Assembly (NCBI GenBank): GCA_020637615.1
Contig: JACKKC010000017.1
Span: 4,905-68,904, forward strand
Direction: 5' to 3'
DNA: 64,000 nt
From: Rhodovulum sp.
GTDB lineage: Bacteria > Pseudomonadota > Alphaproteobacteria > Rhodobacterales > Rhodobacteraceae
The notes below the pieces were generated by a model. The model saw only the letters and a program-made list of their open reading frames with translations. It was not told the DNA's origin and searched no databases. This document shows positions 39,418-49,664 of this stretch, piece by piece (position 1 is the first letter of the stretch; every line of letters begins with the position of its first letter). The position numbers and the translations under genes were made by a program.

Positions 39418-40035
39418 TCAGGCGGTCAGCGTGCCCCAGGCGGCGTCATAGGCGGCGACACTGACGGCGGCGGCCTGAGTGACGCGTGTCAGCGGCCAGT
39501 CCGGCTGGAAGAGCGAGGAGCCGAGGCCGAAGCCGTCGGCGCCCGCCGCCTTCCAGTCGGCGAAACTCGCGGGCGCCGCGCCACCGACGGCATAGACGAG
39601 CGTTTCGCGGGGCAGGACGGCGCGGATCGCCTTCAGCCCTTCGAGCCCGGCCATGCCGGCGGGAAAGAGCTTGAGCGCGTCGGCGCCGGCGTCGAGCGCG
39701 GCGAAGCATTCGCTGGGCGTGAAGACGCCGGGATAGGAGCCGAGGCCGAGTTCCTTCGTGCGCGCGATGACCCGGGCATTGCAGTTCGGGGAGACGATGA
39801 AGCTCGCGCCGGTATCGGCGACCCGGCGCACCTCCTCCGGGGCGAGCACAGTGCCGGCGCCGATGCGCGCGCGATCCCCCAGCGCGGCCTGCATGGCGGC
39901 GATGCTGCGCAAGGGGTCGGGCGAGTTGAGCGGGACCTCGATCCAGCCGATCCCGGCCTCTACGATCGCGGCGGCGGTCTCGACGGCCCGGGCGGGTTCG
40001 AGGCCTCGGAGGATGGCGATCAGGCGGCGGCTCAT
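39418..40035 (-). CDS. dgoA: 2-dehydro-3-deoxy-6-phosphogalactonate aldolase
   Basis: IAILRG, IEVPLNSP, GAGTVL, LKLFPA. Confidence 0.9.
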   Translation of the reverse strand: MSRRLIAILRGLEPARAVETAAAIVEAGIGWIEVPLNSPDPLRSIAAMQAALGDRARIGAGTVLAPEEVRRVADTGASFIVSPNCNARVIARTKELGLGSYPGVFTPSECFAALDAGADALKLFPAGMAGLEGLKAIRAVLPRETLVYAVGGAAPASFADWKAAGADGFGLGSSLFQPDWPLTRVTQAAAVSVAAYDAAWGTLTA

Positions 40036-40949
40036 GGGGTGCTCCGTGTCGAGACGAGGGCGGAATGCGCGGCGGCGAGCCCGGCGAGGGTGAGGCCGGC
40101 GACGGCGACCTGCCGGGCCACGAGGCCGCAATGCGCCAGCGCGGCGCGATAGGCCCCGGCAAGACCGGCGGCCCCGATCAGGACGACGTCGCGGCCCAGC
40201 CAGTAGGGGCGCGTGGCGGCGAGCTCGGCGCCGATCAGAAGCCCCGAGAGCCGCGCGCGGGCCCGCTCGGGGGCGAGGTCGGCGAGCAGGGATTCGGCGC
40301 GCAGGCCGAAGAGCCGCGCGGCGAGGCGCTCGGGGCGGGCAAGGGTCTCGTCCACGGCCTCGAGGAAATCGGCCTCCGACCAGCCGGTGTCGGCGACGGA
40401 ATGGCGCAGCACCGAGGCCCTGCCGAGCAGGGCGAAGATCTCGCCGGTCATGAAGCTGGTGAAGCTCACCACCTCGCCGGCGCTGACATGGGCCCATTTG
40501 CTGTGGGTGCCCGGCAGGCAGAGCACGCCGTCGAAATCCGGCTCGCCGGCGAGGAAGCCGGCGATCTGGGTCTCCTCGCCGCGCATCACGTCCGGGGGCG
40601 TGCGCTGGCAGAGTCCGGGCAGGATGTGGAGGCGGAGCCGCGGGTCGGCGACCGCCGGGCGCACGAAGCTCTCGGGATGCAGCGGCGGGCAGGGGACGGT
40701 GGCATAGGGCGCCTCGATCCAGCCCTGGCGCGCGCCGACCATGCCGCAGGCCAGCGCGTCGGTCACCCTGCCTTCCGCGAGCCAGGGGCCGACCAGCCGC
40801 AGGAGCGCGGGCTCGAAATCGCCGGGGCCGAGCCGGGCCATGCCGTCGTCGGAGGCGCCCTCGGCCGCGACGCGGCCTTCGGCGTCGATCGCCCAGGCGC
40901 GCAGGTTCGAGGTGCCCCAGTCGACGGCGATCCAGGCGGCCCCGCTCAT
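40032..40949 (-). CDS. dgoK: 2-dehydro-3-deoxygalactonokinase
   Basis: VDWGTSNLRAW, GMVGARQGW, DVMRGEETQ, PGTHSKW, FMTGE. Confidence 0.92.
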   Translation of the reverse strand: MSGAAWIAVDWGTSNLRAWAIDAEGRVAAEGASDDGMARLGPGDFEPALLRLVGPWLAEGRVTDALACGMVGARQGWIEAPYATVPCPPLHPESFVRPAVADPRLRLHILPGLCQRTPPDVMRGEETQIAGFLAGEPDFDGVLCLPGTHSKWAHVSAGEVVSFTSFMTGEIFALLGRASVLRHSVADTGWSEADFLEAVDETLARPERLAARLFGLRAESLLADLAPERARARLSGLLIGAELAATRPYWLGRDVVLIGAAGLAGAYRAALAHCGLVARQVAVAGLTLAGLAAAHSALVSTRSTP

Positions 40950-41716
40950 CCGGTGACCACGACGCCGCCGTCCACCACCATCGCCTGGCCGGTCATCATG
41001 CGCGAGGCGTCGGAGGCGAGAAAGAGCGTGGCATCGACGATGTCCCGCTCGACGAGATGTTCCTTGAGGCACTGCCGGGCGAGTTGCTCGGCGAGCGCCT
41101 CCTCCGTGGCCCAGAGGTCGCGTTGCCGCCTGGTCAGCACCCAGCCGGGCATCACCGCATTCGCCCGGATCCGGTCGGGGCCGAGCTCGCGGGCGAGGCC
41201 CCGGGTCATCCCGGTGACCGCGGCCTTGGCGGTCATGTAGGAAAGGTAGCCGGCATTGCCCATCATGTAGGAGACGGAGGAGAAATTGATGATCGAGCCG
41301 CCGCCGGCGGCCTTCATGCCGGGCGCGGCGGCCTGGGCGGTGAAGAAATGCGGGCGAAGGTTGATCGCCTGGGCGCGGTCCCATTCCTCGACCGTGTAGT
41401 CCTCGATGGCGTGGCGCTGGTCGTTGGCGGCGTTGTTGACAAGCACGGTGAAGGGGCCGTGCAGCTCGGCCGCCCTGGCCATGGCGACGCGCAGGGCGGC
41501 GATGTCGACGATGTCGCAGGGCAGGAAGAGCGGCGTGTTGCCGTGGCGGGCGCTCATCTCGGCGACGAAATCCCCGGCGTCGGAGCGTTGCACGAAGGCG
41601 ACGCGGGCGCCCTGTTCGAGGAAGCCCTCGGTGAGCGCGGCGCCGATGCCGGACCCGCCGCCGGTGATGAAGACCGAGCGGCCCTCGAGGTCGTGAAAGG
41701 TGGCGTATCGCGTCAT
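40946..41716 (-). CDS. SDR-family sugar dehydrogenase (likely galactose pathway)
   Basis: TGGGSGIG, NNAANDQRH, YMTAK; coupled to dgoK. Confidence 0.85.
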   Translation of the reverse strand: MTRYATFHDLEGRSVFITGGGSGIGAALTEGFLEQGARVAFVQRSDAGDFVAEMSARHGNTPLFLPCDIVDIAALRVAMARAAELHGPFTVLVNNAANDQRHAIEDYTVEEWDRAQAINLRPHFFTAQAAAPGMKAAGGGSIINFSSVSYMMGNAGYLSYMTAKAAVTGMTRGLARELGPDRIRANAVMPGWVLTRRQRDLWATEEALAEQLARQCLKEHLVERDIVDATLFLASDASRMMTGQAMVVDGGVVVTG

Positions 41717-41787
41717 CGTCGGGTCTCCGTGCCCAGAGGCGGCTTCCTTCTAGCACCGGGACCCTCGGCGGGAAACGCCGGGCCGGT

Positions 41788-42303
41788 TCAGGAGGTCACG
41801 AGTTCGGCCAGGAAGCCGCGGGTGAAGCGTTCGAGCGCCGCCCAGTCGGTCGGGTCGGCGGCCTGTTCGGGGCCGCCGAAGCCGAGCCAGCCGAGGGCGC
41901 GCCGGGCGGGGCCGAGATCGGCGGGGCCGGGCGATTCCGCCACATGGTGCCGGTATCCGGGAACCCAGCCGGTCGCGGCGCTCAGCCGCGCGACCACGGC
42001 CTCCGCCGCGTCGCGGTCCCGGCCGCGCCCCAGCGCGGGTTCGACCGAGACCAGGGCGTTCCGCGTATAGGTGAGCTGACCGGCCCAGTCGCGCACGAGG
42101 TTCTCGAAGCGCTGCGGATAGGCGCCGCCGTGGACCGGCGCGGCGAGGATCACCGCCCCGGTGCCCTCGGCGAGCGCCAGGGTCTCGTCGGCGATGTCGA
42201 CGAGATGCACCAGATGCCCCGCCTCCCGCGCGATCTCGGCGATGCGCGCGGCGACGCGGCGGGTCAGGCCCTCGACGGAGACATAGGCGAGCAGGATCTC
42301 CAT
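41788..42303 (-). CDS. Flavodoxin-domain protein (HemG-like)
   Basis: YVSVEGLTRRVA, ILAAPVH, TDWAALERF. Confidence 0.75.
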   Translation of the reverse strand: MEILLAYVSVEGLTRRVAARIAEIAREAGHLVHLVDIADETLALAEGTGAVILAAPVHGGAYPQRFENLVRDWAGQLTYTRNALVSVEPALGRGRDRDAAEAVVARLSAATGWVPGYRHHVAESPGPADLGPARRALGWLGFGGPEQAADPTDWAALERFTRGFLAELVTS

Positions 42304-42313
42304 GCGCCGCCCG

Positions 42314-43429
42314 TCACTCCGGATGGCCGAAGCCGGGATGCAGCCAGGCCACGATCAGCGCGCCGAGCCCGAGCAGCGTGAGGACCGGCACCGCGAACCA
42401 GGCGAGGAAGGGCACCAGCGCCGCGAGCCCGACGATCACCGCGCCGATCAGCGCGGTCAGGAAACGCTCGCCGAGCGTGTCGGGCTCGAGCAGCCCGATC
42501 CAGCCCCAGATCCCGCGCCCGACCATCCAGACCCCGATCAGATAGCCGAGGAAGGCGAAGCCGAAAGCCGCCAGGAGGACGACCGGCGCGGCGAGCAGGC
42601 CGAGGATCGTCAGGGCGAGCAGGATGGCCGATCCGACCAGGACCGCGAGCGCGAGAAAGCCCATGCCGAAGGTGCGCCAGGGCCGGTCCGCGGCGATGCG
42701 CGAGAGCCGCTCGACCCCCGCCGGGGCGATCAGGCTGAGCAGGGTGACGAGGATTGTCAGGATGAGCGCCCCGATCGCCGCGCCCGTGGCGATCGCCATC
42801 CAGTCGCGGGGGCCGTGCTCGGGCAGGATCTGCAGGTCCTCGGTCAGCGCGTGGCGCTCGATGCGGTCGGGCGGGATCACCGATTCCGGGACCACCGGTT
42901 CGTCCTCGCCGGTGGAGAGCTTCAGCCGGCCGCCGATGCTGGCCCCGGGCCCGAATTCGACGACATTGGCCGTGATCGCCACGTCGCCGGCGATCGCCGC
43001 GTCGATCTCCACGGTATCGGCGGCCAGAAGTGCCGTGCCCCCGACCGGTGCGTCGAGCTTGAGGTGGCGGGCGGCGGCGCGCAGGTCGCCGCCGATGGCG
43101 GCCGAGACGGAAACGTCGTAGCCCATGAGCATCGCGTCGCCGCCGACCGGCGCCGAGGCGGCCACGTCGGCACCGCTCGCGAAGAGCATGCCCGCGACCT
43201 CGGCATGGGTGGCGACCCGGCGGCCCGCGAGATAGGCCGAGCCGGTGATCGGCGCCCGCAGGTCGATATTCTCCCCGGCGGCGAAGACGTCGTCGGTGCC
43301 CTCGGTGTCGAGGCTGAGCGTGCCGCCGGCGACATAGATGTCGTCGCCGAGACGGAAGACGTCGTTCCCGTCCTGGGCCAGCGCGGGGGCGGCGAAGGCC
43401 AGCAGGGCGAACAGAACTGCGCGGATCAT
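42314..43429 (-). CDS. Membrane protein with signal peptide, beta-helix-like repeats and C-terminal TM helices
   Basis: Repeats D.FAAG..I.L.A.I.G / V.GD in the N-terminal half; several hydrophobic helices after. Confidence 0.75.
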   Translation of the reverse strand: MIRAVLFALLAFAAPALAQDGNDVFRLGDDIYVAGGTLSLDTEGTDDVFAAGENIDLRAPITGSAYLAGRRVATHAEVAGMLFASGADVAASAPVGGDAMLMGYDVSVSAAIGGDLRAAARHLKLDAPVGGTALLAADTVEIDAAIAGDVAITANVVEFGPGASIGGRLKLSTGEDEPVVPESVIPPDRIERHALTEDLQILPEHGPRDWMAIATGAAIGALILTILVTLLSLIAPAGVERLSRIAADRPWRTFGMGFLALAVLVGSAILLALTILGLLAAPVVLLAAFGFAFLGYLIGVWMVGRGIWGWIGLLEPDTLGERFLTALIGAVIVGLAALVPFLAWFAVPVLTLLGLGALIVAWLHPGFGHPE

Positions 43430-43533
43430 CGCTTCCCCTCCTCGATCTCTGACGGCGGCGATCTTCGGCCGTGAGGCGCGGCTTGGCAAGGGCGGTGCCC
43501 TGGCGGGGGAAGGGCTGATGCAACTGGAGCGCC

Positions 43534-43638
43534 TTCTTTCTTTCTCGACCGCTCCGCTACCAGATGCGGGCGGCGCCCGCCTGGAGGCTGGACGGAAACG
43601 CCAGGCTCGCCCGGAGGGGGTAGCGTCGCCAGACGAAG
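43534..43638 (-). repeat. Dispersed structured repeat, copy C (diverged)
   Basis: Minus strand CTTCGTC...TCCGGGCGAGCCTGGCGTTTCCGTCC..GGCGGGC..GCGGAGCGGTCGAGAAAGAAAGAA aligns with copy A. Confidence 0.65.
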
Positions 43639-43658
43639 TTCCCCCGACGGGCGCCCCT

Positions 43659-44522
43659 TCACATCCGCAGCGCCCTGCGGCGGGCGCGGGTCTCGCGGAA
43701 CCAGATCACGAGGCCCGAGGCGACGATGATGGCCGCGCCGGCGAGCATGGCGCCGTCGGGCATGTCGCCGAAGACCATCCAGCCGAAGAGGATCCCCCAG
43801 AAGAGCAGCGTGTACTGGATCGGGGTGATGGTCGCGGCGTCGGCGAGCTTGAGCGATCGCGCGATCGCGAGATGCCCGCCCATGGCGACGATGCCGAGCA
43901 GCGCCAGCAGCCCGAGATCCTGCGGCGGCGTCGGGACCCAGGCGAAGGGCGCGGCGACCAGGCCGGCCAGGGCCGCGCCGAGGGTCTGGAAGAACACGAG
44001 CGCCGTGTCCGGGGTGGCGCGGAGGGCGCGGGCCGAGAGCACCATGGTCGCATAGGCGAGGCTGCCGGCCAGCGAGACCGCCACCGCCGGCGCGATGCCC
44101 CCGCCCGGCCGCAGCGCCACCAGCACGCCGAGAAAGCCGAGCAGGATCGCGCCCCAGCGCCAGGGGCCGACGCTTTCGCCGAGCGCCCAGGGCGAGAGCG
44201 CGGCGACATAGATCGGCGCCGCCAGCCAGTAGGTCAGCACGTCCGCGAGCGGCAGCACGGCGACGGCGAAATAGAAGCACATGACCTCGGCGGTCGAGGC
44301 GGTGACGCGCACGAGTTGCAGGCCCGGCCGGTGGATCGGCAGGAGCGGGATGCGGTTCCGCCAGAGCATCAGCGCGAGGATCGCCAGCGCCGAGAGCGAG
44401 CGCAGCAGGATCACCTGGCCGACCGAATAGGTCGCGACGAGCCATTTCCCGAGCGTGTCGTTGAGCGCGAAGAGCAGCATGCCGAGCAGCGCCAGCAGGA
44501 TGCCGAGGCGCTGCGGCGTCAC
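43659..44522 (-). CDS. DMT/EamA family transporter
   Basis: About ten TM segments; LGESVGPWRW, FGDMPD. Confidence 0.88.
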   Translation of the reverse strand: MTPQRLGILLALLGMLLFALNDTLGKWLVATYSVGQVILLRSLSALAILALMLWRNRIPLLPIHRPGLQLVRVTASTAEVMCFYFAVAVLPLADVLTYWLAAPIYVAALSPWALGESVGPWRWGAILLGFLGVLVALRPGGGIAPAVAVSLAGSLAYATMVLSARALRATPDTALVFFQTLGAALAGLVAAPFAWVPTPPQDLGLLALLGIVAMGGHLAIARSLKLADAATITPIQYTLLFWGILFGWMVFGDMPDGAMLAGAAIIVASGLVIWFRETRARRRALRM

Positions 44523-44573
44523 CGCCGGCTTCCGGAGCGGGAGGGCTCTACGGGATTATGCCCGCCAAGGCGG

Positions 44574-45977
44574 TCAGACATGCAGGGCGCCGGGGTTCAT
44601 CCTGCCGTCCGGATCGAGGGTCGATTTCAGCCCGCGCAGCATGGTGCGGGCGGGCTCGTGCAGGCGCGCGTCGAAATCGGCGCGCTTCAGCCGGCCGATG
44701 CCGTGCTCGGCGCTGATGCTGCCGCCATGCCGGTCGACGCAGGCATTCAGGACCGCCTTGGCATGGGCGAGGGTCTCGTCGGCAGGCGCGGCACCGGCGC
44801 CGGTCGGGGGGAATACATTGAGATGCACGTTGCCGTCGCCGAAATGGCCGTAGGCGATGGCGCGGGCGCCCGGCACGGCCGCCTCGATCTCCGCGCAGGC
44901 CTCGCGCACGAAGCGCGGCAGGGCCGAGAGGCGGACCGAGACATCGCTGCCCAGGGAGCGGCCCATGCGCGCCTGGCCCTCGTTGACCGACTCGCGCAGC
45001 GCCCAGATCCGCTGCGCCTGCGTCTCGCTCGTGGCGAGGATCCCGTCCTCGACGAGACCCGCCTCGGCGGCCTCGGCGAGAAAGCCCTCGAGTAGCGCCT
45101 GGAGGTCGACCGGGCCGGGGGCGGCGAGTTCGATCAGCGCATAGACCGCCGCCGGCGTCGGGAGTTCCGGCGCGCCGGGCTGGGCGGCGACGGCGATCTG
45201 CATGGCGGGCGGCATCATGAATTCGAAGGCCGAGAGCAGGTCCGAGCAGGCGCGCCGCGCCAGGTGGAAGGTGCGCATCGTCGCCTCGAGGTCGGGCAGG
45301 CCGATCAGCGCGCTGGCGCGCGTGCGCGGGCGCGGCACGAGCCGCAGCGCGGCGGCGGTCACGATGCCGAAGGTGCCCTCGGCGCCGATGAAGAGCTGCT
45401 TGAGGTCCGGCCCGGTGTTGTTCTTGCGCAGGGTACGCAGCCCGTCCCAGAGGCTGCCGTCGGCGAGCACGACCTCGAGCCCGAGCACCTGGTCGCGCAT
45501 CATGCCGTAGCGCAGCACGTTGATGCCCCCGGCATTGGTGGAGACGACGCCGCCGATCTGGCTGGTGCCCTGGGCGCCGATCGAGAGCGGCAGGAAGAGA
45601 TCGTGCTCGGCCACCGCGTCCTTGACCGTCTGCAGGATGCAGCCCGCCTCGACGACGGCAGAGTAATCGTCGGGCTCGATGGCGCGGATGCGGTCGAGCC
45701 GCCCGAGGCAGAGCGCCACGTGGCGCTTCGGATCCTGGGGCAGGGCGCCGCCGACCAGGCCGGTATTGCCGCCCTGCGGCACGATGCCGAGCCCGAGCCG
45801 GCCGCAGGCGCGCACCATGGCGCGGACCTCCTCGGTCTGGCGGGGGCGCAGGACCGCGAGTGCGGCGCCGGTCCCGGTATGGAACCAGCCGGTGAGGAAG
45901 GGCGCCATGTCCTCGGGGTCGGTCAGCACCGAGCCGGGTCCGAATTCGGCGACGAGCGCCCGCTCCGATCCTTCCAT
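44574..45977 (-). CDS. FAD-binding oxidoreductase (D-2-hydroxyacid dehydrogenase family)
   Basis: PQGGNTGLVGG, TNAGG, GAEGTFG, GHFGDGNVH, SAEHGIG. Confidence 0.9.
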   Translation of the reverse strand: MEGSERALVAEFGPGSVLTDPEDMAPFLTGWFHTGTGAALAVLRPRQTEEVRAMVRACGRLGLGIVPQGGNTGLVGGALPQDPKRHVALCLGRLDRIRAIEPDDYSAVVEAGCILQTVKDAVAEHDLFLPLSIGAQGTSQIGGVVSTNAGGINVLRYGMMRDQVLGLEVVLADGSLWDGLRTLRKNNTGPDLKQLFIGAEGTFGIVTAAALRLVPRPRTRASALIGLPDLEATMRTFHLARRACSDLLSAFEFMMPPAMQIAVAAQPGAPELPTPAAVYALIELAAPGPVDLQALLEGFLAEAAEAGLVEDGILATSETQAQRIWALRESVNEGQARMGRSLGSDVSVRLSALPRFVREACAEIEAAVPGARAIAYGHFGDGNVHLNVFPPTGAGAAPADETLAHAKAVLNACVDRHGGSISAEHGIGRLKRADFDARLHEPARTMLRGLKSTLDPDGRMNPGALHV

Positions 45978-46078
45978 CACGCCCTCCCGGCCGCCCCTGG
46001 CGCTCCTGCCTAGCGGAGGGTCGATTGCCCGGCAAGGCTCGCCCATGCTAGCCGTGGCGGGAAATCGGGGAGGGGCCC

Positions 46079-47050
46079 ATGCATGTCCTGATCATCGGCG
46101 CGGCGGGAATGATCGGTGCCAAGCTCGCGGCGTCGCTGGCCGGCGATGCCGCGGCCGGGGTGGAGCGGCTGACCCTGCTCGACGTGGTGCCGCCGAAGGC
46201 GCCGGCGGCGGCAGGCTGCGCGGTCGAGACGGCGCGCCTCGACCTCGGCGACGCCGCGGCGGTGGCGGCGGCGGTCGCGGCGCGACCGGATGTGATCTTC
46301 CATCTCGCGGCCATCGTCTCGGGCGAGGCCGAGGCGGATTTCGAGAAGGGCTACCGGATCAACTTCGACGGGACCCGCAATCTCTTCGAGGCGGTCCGGA
46401 TGCTGCCCGGCTACCGGCCGCGCCTGGTCTTCACCTCGTCGATCGCCGTCTTCGGCGCGCCCTTTCCCGAGACGATCCCGGACGAGTACCACGCGACGCC
46501 GCTCACGAGCTACGGCACCCAGAAGGCGATGGGCGAGCTCCTGCTCTCCGATTATTCCCGGCGCGGGTTCTTCGACGGGATCGGCATCCGGCTGCCCACG
46601 ATCTGCGTGCGCCCGGGGGCGCCGAACAAGGCCGCCTCGGGGTTCTTCTCCAACATCCTGCGCGAGCCGCTCGTCGGCAGGGAGGCGGTGCTGCCGGTCG
46701 AGGAGAGCGTGCGGCACTGGCATGCGAGCCCGCGCGCGGCCGTGGGCTTCCTGCGCCATGCGATGACGCTCGACCTCGAAACGGTCGGGCCGCGGCGCAA
46801 CCTGACCATGCCCGGCGTCTCCGCGACGGTGGGCGAAGAGATCGAGGCGCTGCGCCGGGTGGCCGGGGACGGGGCGGTGGCGCTGATCCGCCGCGAGCCC
46901 GACCCGGTGGTCGCGCGCATCGTCGCCGGCTGGCCGACGCGCTTCGATGCCCGGCGGGCGCTCGCGCTGGGCTTCGCCGCCGATGCCTCCTTCGACGCCA
47001 TCGTCGCGGCGCATGTGGAGGACGAACTCGGCGGCCGCATCGGCGCCTGA
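46079..47050 (+). CDS. denD: NAD-dependent epimerase/dehydrogenase, D-erythronate dehydrogenase-like
   Basis: HLAAIVSGEAEADF, SYGTQK, RPGAPNKAASGFFS. Confidence 0.75.
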   Translation: MHVLIIGAAGMIGAKLAASLAGDAAAGVERLTLLDVVPPKAPAAAGCAVETARLDLGDAAAVAAAVAARPDVIFHLAAIVSGEAEADFEKGYRINFDGTRNLFEAVRMLPGYRPRLVFTSSIAVFGAPFPETIPDEYHATPLTSYGTQKAMGELLLSDYSRRGFFDGIGIRLPTICVRPGAPNKAASGFFSNILREPLVGREAVLPVEESVRHWHASPRAAVGFLRHAMTLDLETVGPRRNLTMPGVSATVGEEIEALRRVAGDGAVALIRREPDPVVARIVAGWPTRFDARRALALGFAADASFDAIVAAHVEDELGGRIGA

Positions 47051-47142
47051 GCGACGGGACGAATTCATAGAAGACAATGGGTTCGCTGCCCTGTATGCTT
47101 CCCGTTGGTGGCGCGCGGCGCCGGCGGTCGAGGGAGAGGGCC

Positions 47143-48687
47143 ATGCGTTCGGCTTCGATGGAGGCGGCCGGCTGGGTCGTGGCGGCGGCCCTTCTCGCGG
47201 CCGTTCCGGGCATGGCACGCGCCCAGGACGCGGCGACGGACGACGAGGCGGTGCAGGAGGAAGCCGTCAGCGCCGAGGCGGTCGACGCGGCCGCGGCGGC
47301 GGAGGATCCGCTGCTCGGGGAAGAGGAGCTCGACGACCTCGTCGCCCCGGTCGCGCTCTATCCCGACGCGCTGCTGGCGCAGGTCTTCGTGGCCTCGACC
47401 TATCCGCTCGACCTAGTCAAGGCCGACCGGTTCATCGGCGACAATGCCGAGGTGGACGACAAGGAGCGTGCCGCCCTCGCCGAGGCCGAGGATTGGGATC
47501 CGAGCGTTCAGGTGCTCGCGGCCGGCTTCCCGACCGTGGTGCAGCGCATGGCGGCGGAGATCGACTGGACCGAGCAGCTCGGCGAGGCGACGCTGACCCA
47601 GACCGACGACGTGCTCGATGCGGTGCAGCGCATGCGCACGCTGGCGATGGCGAACGGTTCGCTGACAAGCAACGAGGCGCAGCTCGTGGAGGTCGAGGAC
47701 GATCAGGTCAGCATCGCGCCGGCCGATCCGGAGGTCGTCTACGTGCCGAGCTACGAGCCGGCGCAGGCCTTCGCGCCGGCGCCGGTCGGGACCGCGCCGA
47801 TGGTGGTCACCGAGGGGACGGGCTTCTCGACCGGGAACGCGCTCGCCACCGGGGCGATCGCCTTCGGCAGCGCGATGATCCTCAGCGAGATCTTCGACGA
47901 CGATGACGACTGGGACGATTACTGGCGGGGCCCGCCAGTCGTCGACTGGGACAACGACGCCTTCTATCCGCGGCCGGGCATCAACGTCGACGGCGACGTC
48001 AACATCGACCGCGACCGCATCACCAACGTCGACCTCGGCGACCGCACGAACCGGATCGACCGGGACCGGGTGAACATCGATCGCGACAGGATCGGCGACA
48101 TCGACCGCGACAACATCGCGCTCGACAACGACGGGCGCTGGAAGCCCGACGAGCGGCGCAAGCGCGAGGCCCGCGACAAGATCGCCGCGCGCGAGCCGGG
48201 CAGGGCGACGCCGAAGCAGAAGCGGGACGCCGAGAAGCTGAAGGGCCGCGGCGGCCAGGCCGCTTCCGTGGACACGAGCGGCGCGCGCGAGAAGCTGAAG
48301 GCGTCGCAGGCGAAACGCCCGCCGGGCAAGAAGCCCGCGGCCGACGTCTCGGCGCTCAAGCCGAAGGCTGAGGGCAAGAAGCGGACCAAGCAGGCGGCCG
48401 ACCGGGGGGCGGCGAGTGCGGCGAAATCGAAGCTGCCGGCGAATTCCAAGGCGAAGCAGGCGGCCGGCAAGAAGCCGAAGCCGGCGGCCAAGCCGAAGCG
48501 CCCGGCCGCGAAGAAGACGGCCGCCGCCCGGCCCGGCGGAACGGCCAAGGCGAAGCAGGCGAAGCGGCCCGCAGCCAAGAAATCGCCGAAGAAATCCTCG
48601 GCGCTCAAGCAGCGCTCCGGCGGCGGCAAGGCGAAGGCGGCTTCCAAGCGCGGCGGAAAGAGCCACGCCAAGCGGAAAAGGCGGTGA
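47143..48687 (+). CDS. DUF3300 domain protein with acidic repeats and a Lys/Ala-rich tail
   Basis: LVAPVALYPDALLAQVFVASTYP, WDPSV, VYVPSY; paired with DUF2950. Confidence 0.88.
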   Translation: MRSASMEAAGWVVAAALLAAVPGMARAQDAATDDEAVQEEAVSAEAVDAAAAAEDPLLGEEELDDLVAPVALYPDALLAQVFVASTYPLDLVKADRFIGDNAEVDDKERAALAEAEDWDPSVQVLAAGFPTVVQRMAAEIDWTEQLGEATLTQTDDVLDAVQRMRTLAMANGSLTSNEAQLVEVEDDQVSIAPADPEVVYVPSYEPAQAFAPAPVGTAPMVVTEGTGFSTGNALATGAIAFGSAMILSEIFDDDDDWDDYWRGPPVVDWDNDAFYPRPGINVDGDVNIDRDRITNVDLGDRTNRIDRDRVNIDRDRIGDIDRDNIALDNDGRWKPDERRKREARDKIAAREPGRATPKQKRDAEKLKGRGGQAASVDTSGAREKLKASQAKRPPGKKPAADVSALKPKAEGKKRTKQAADRGAASAAKSKLPANSKAKQAAGKKPKPAAKPKRPAAKKTAAARPGGTAKAKQAKRPAAKKSPKKSSALKQRSGGGKAKAASKRGGKSHAKRKRR

Positions 48688-48716
48688 AACGGATGTCCGA
48701 GAAAGGCGCTTCGACC

Positions 48717-49664
48717 ATGACCCATCCGACCCTGAGGCGCGCCCTGCGTGGCCCGCATCTCGCGGCGCTGCTGCTCGGGGCCGCGACGCTGGCGCTGCCG
48801 CGCGCGGCCGCCGCCGAGGCCCTGATCTTCGAGACGCCCGAGGCGGCGGTTTCGGCCCTGATCGCGACGCTGGAGGCGGCGGACCGGGACGAACTGATCG
48901 CGATCTTCGGGCCGGAGAGCGAGGACGTGATCCTGACGGGAAACGACGCCGAGGACCGGGAGGTCTGGAGCGAGTTCCTCGGCAACCAGCGCGCCATGAG
49001 CCGGATCGTCGTCGACGGCGCCACGGCGACGCTGGAGGTCGGCCGCACGCTCTGGCCCTTCCCGATCCCGCTCGTCGAGACCGAGGCCGGCTGGCAGTTC
49101 GACGCCGAGGCCGGGCGCGAGGAGGTGCTGCTGCGCCGGATCGGCCAGAACGAGCTCGACGTGATCGACCTGATGGCGGGCTACGTCCGGGCACAGGCCG
49201 CCTACCGCGCTTCGGATCCTGACGACGACGGTTTGCGGACCTTCGCCGCCGGCATCCTCAGCACGCCCGGCACCCGGGACGGCCTCTACTGGCCGCCGGA
49301 GCCGGGCGCGCCGGAGAGCCCGGTGGGCGATTTCATGGCGCGCGCCTCGGCGGACGGCTACAGCGTGGGCGAGGAGGATGTCGAGGCCGATCCCTATCTG
49401 GGATATTACTACCGGGTGCTGACCCGCCAGGGACCGGACGCCCCCGGCGGCGCCTTCGATTACATGGTGGACGGGCACATGCTGGCCGGCCATGCGCTGC
49501 TCGCCTATCCGGCCGCCTATGGCGAGACCGGCGTGATGAGCTTCATGGTGGGCGAGAACGGCGTGATCTACGAGGCCGATCTCGGCGAGGAGACGCTCGA
49601 GGTCGCCGGCGCGATCGAGAGCTACGATCCGGGCGAGGCCTGGGCAGTGGTCGAGGCGGAATAG
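48717..49664 (+). CDS. DUF2950 family protein
   Basis: WPFPIPLV, RRIGQNE, DGLYW, GYYYRVL..QG, YGETGVMSF; start could also be 48684 or 48693. Confidence 0.88.
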   Translation: MTHPTLRRALRGPHLAALLLGAATLALPRAAAAEALIFETPEAAVSALIATLEAADRDELIAIFGPESEDVILTGNDAEDREVWSEFLGNQRAMSRIVVDGATATLEVGRTLWPFPIPLVETEAGWQFDAEAGREEVLLRRIGQNELDVIDLMAGYVRAQAAYRASDPDDDGLRTFAAGILSTPGTRDGLYWPPEPGAPESPVGDFMARASADGYSVGEEDVEADPYLGYYYRVLTRQGPDAPGGAFDYMVDGHMLAGHALLAYPAAYGETGVMSFMVGENGVIYEADLGEETLEVAGAIESYDPGEAWAVVEAE

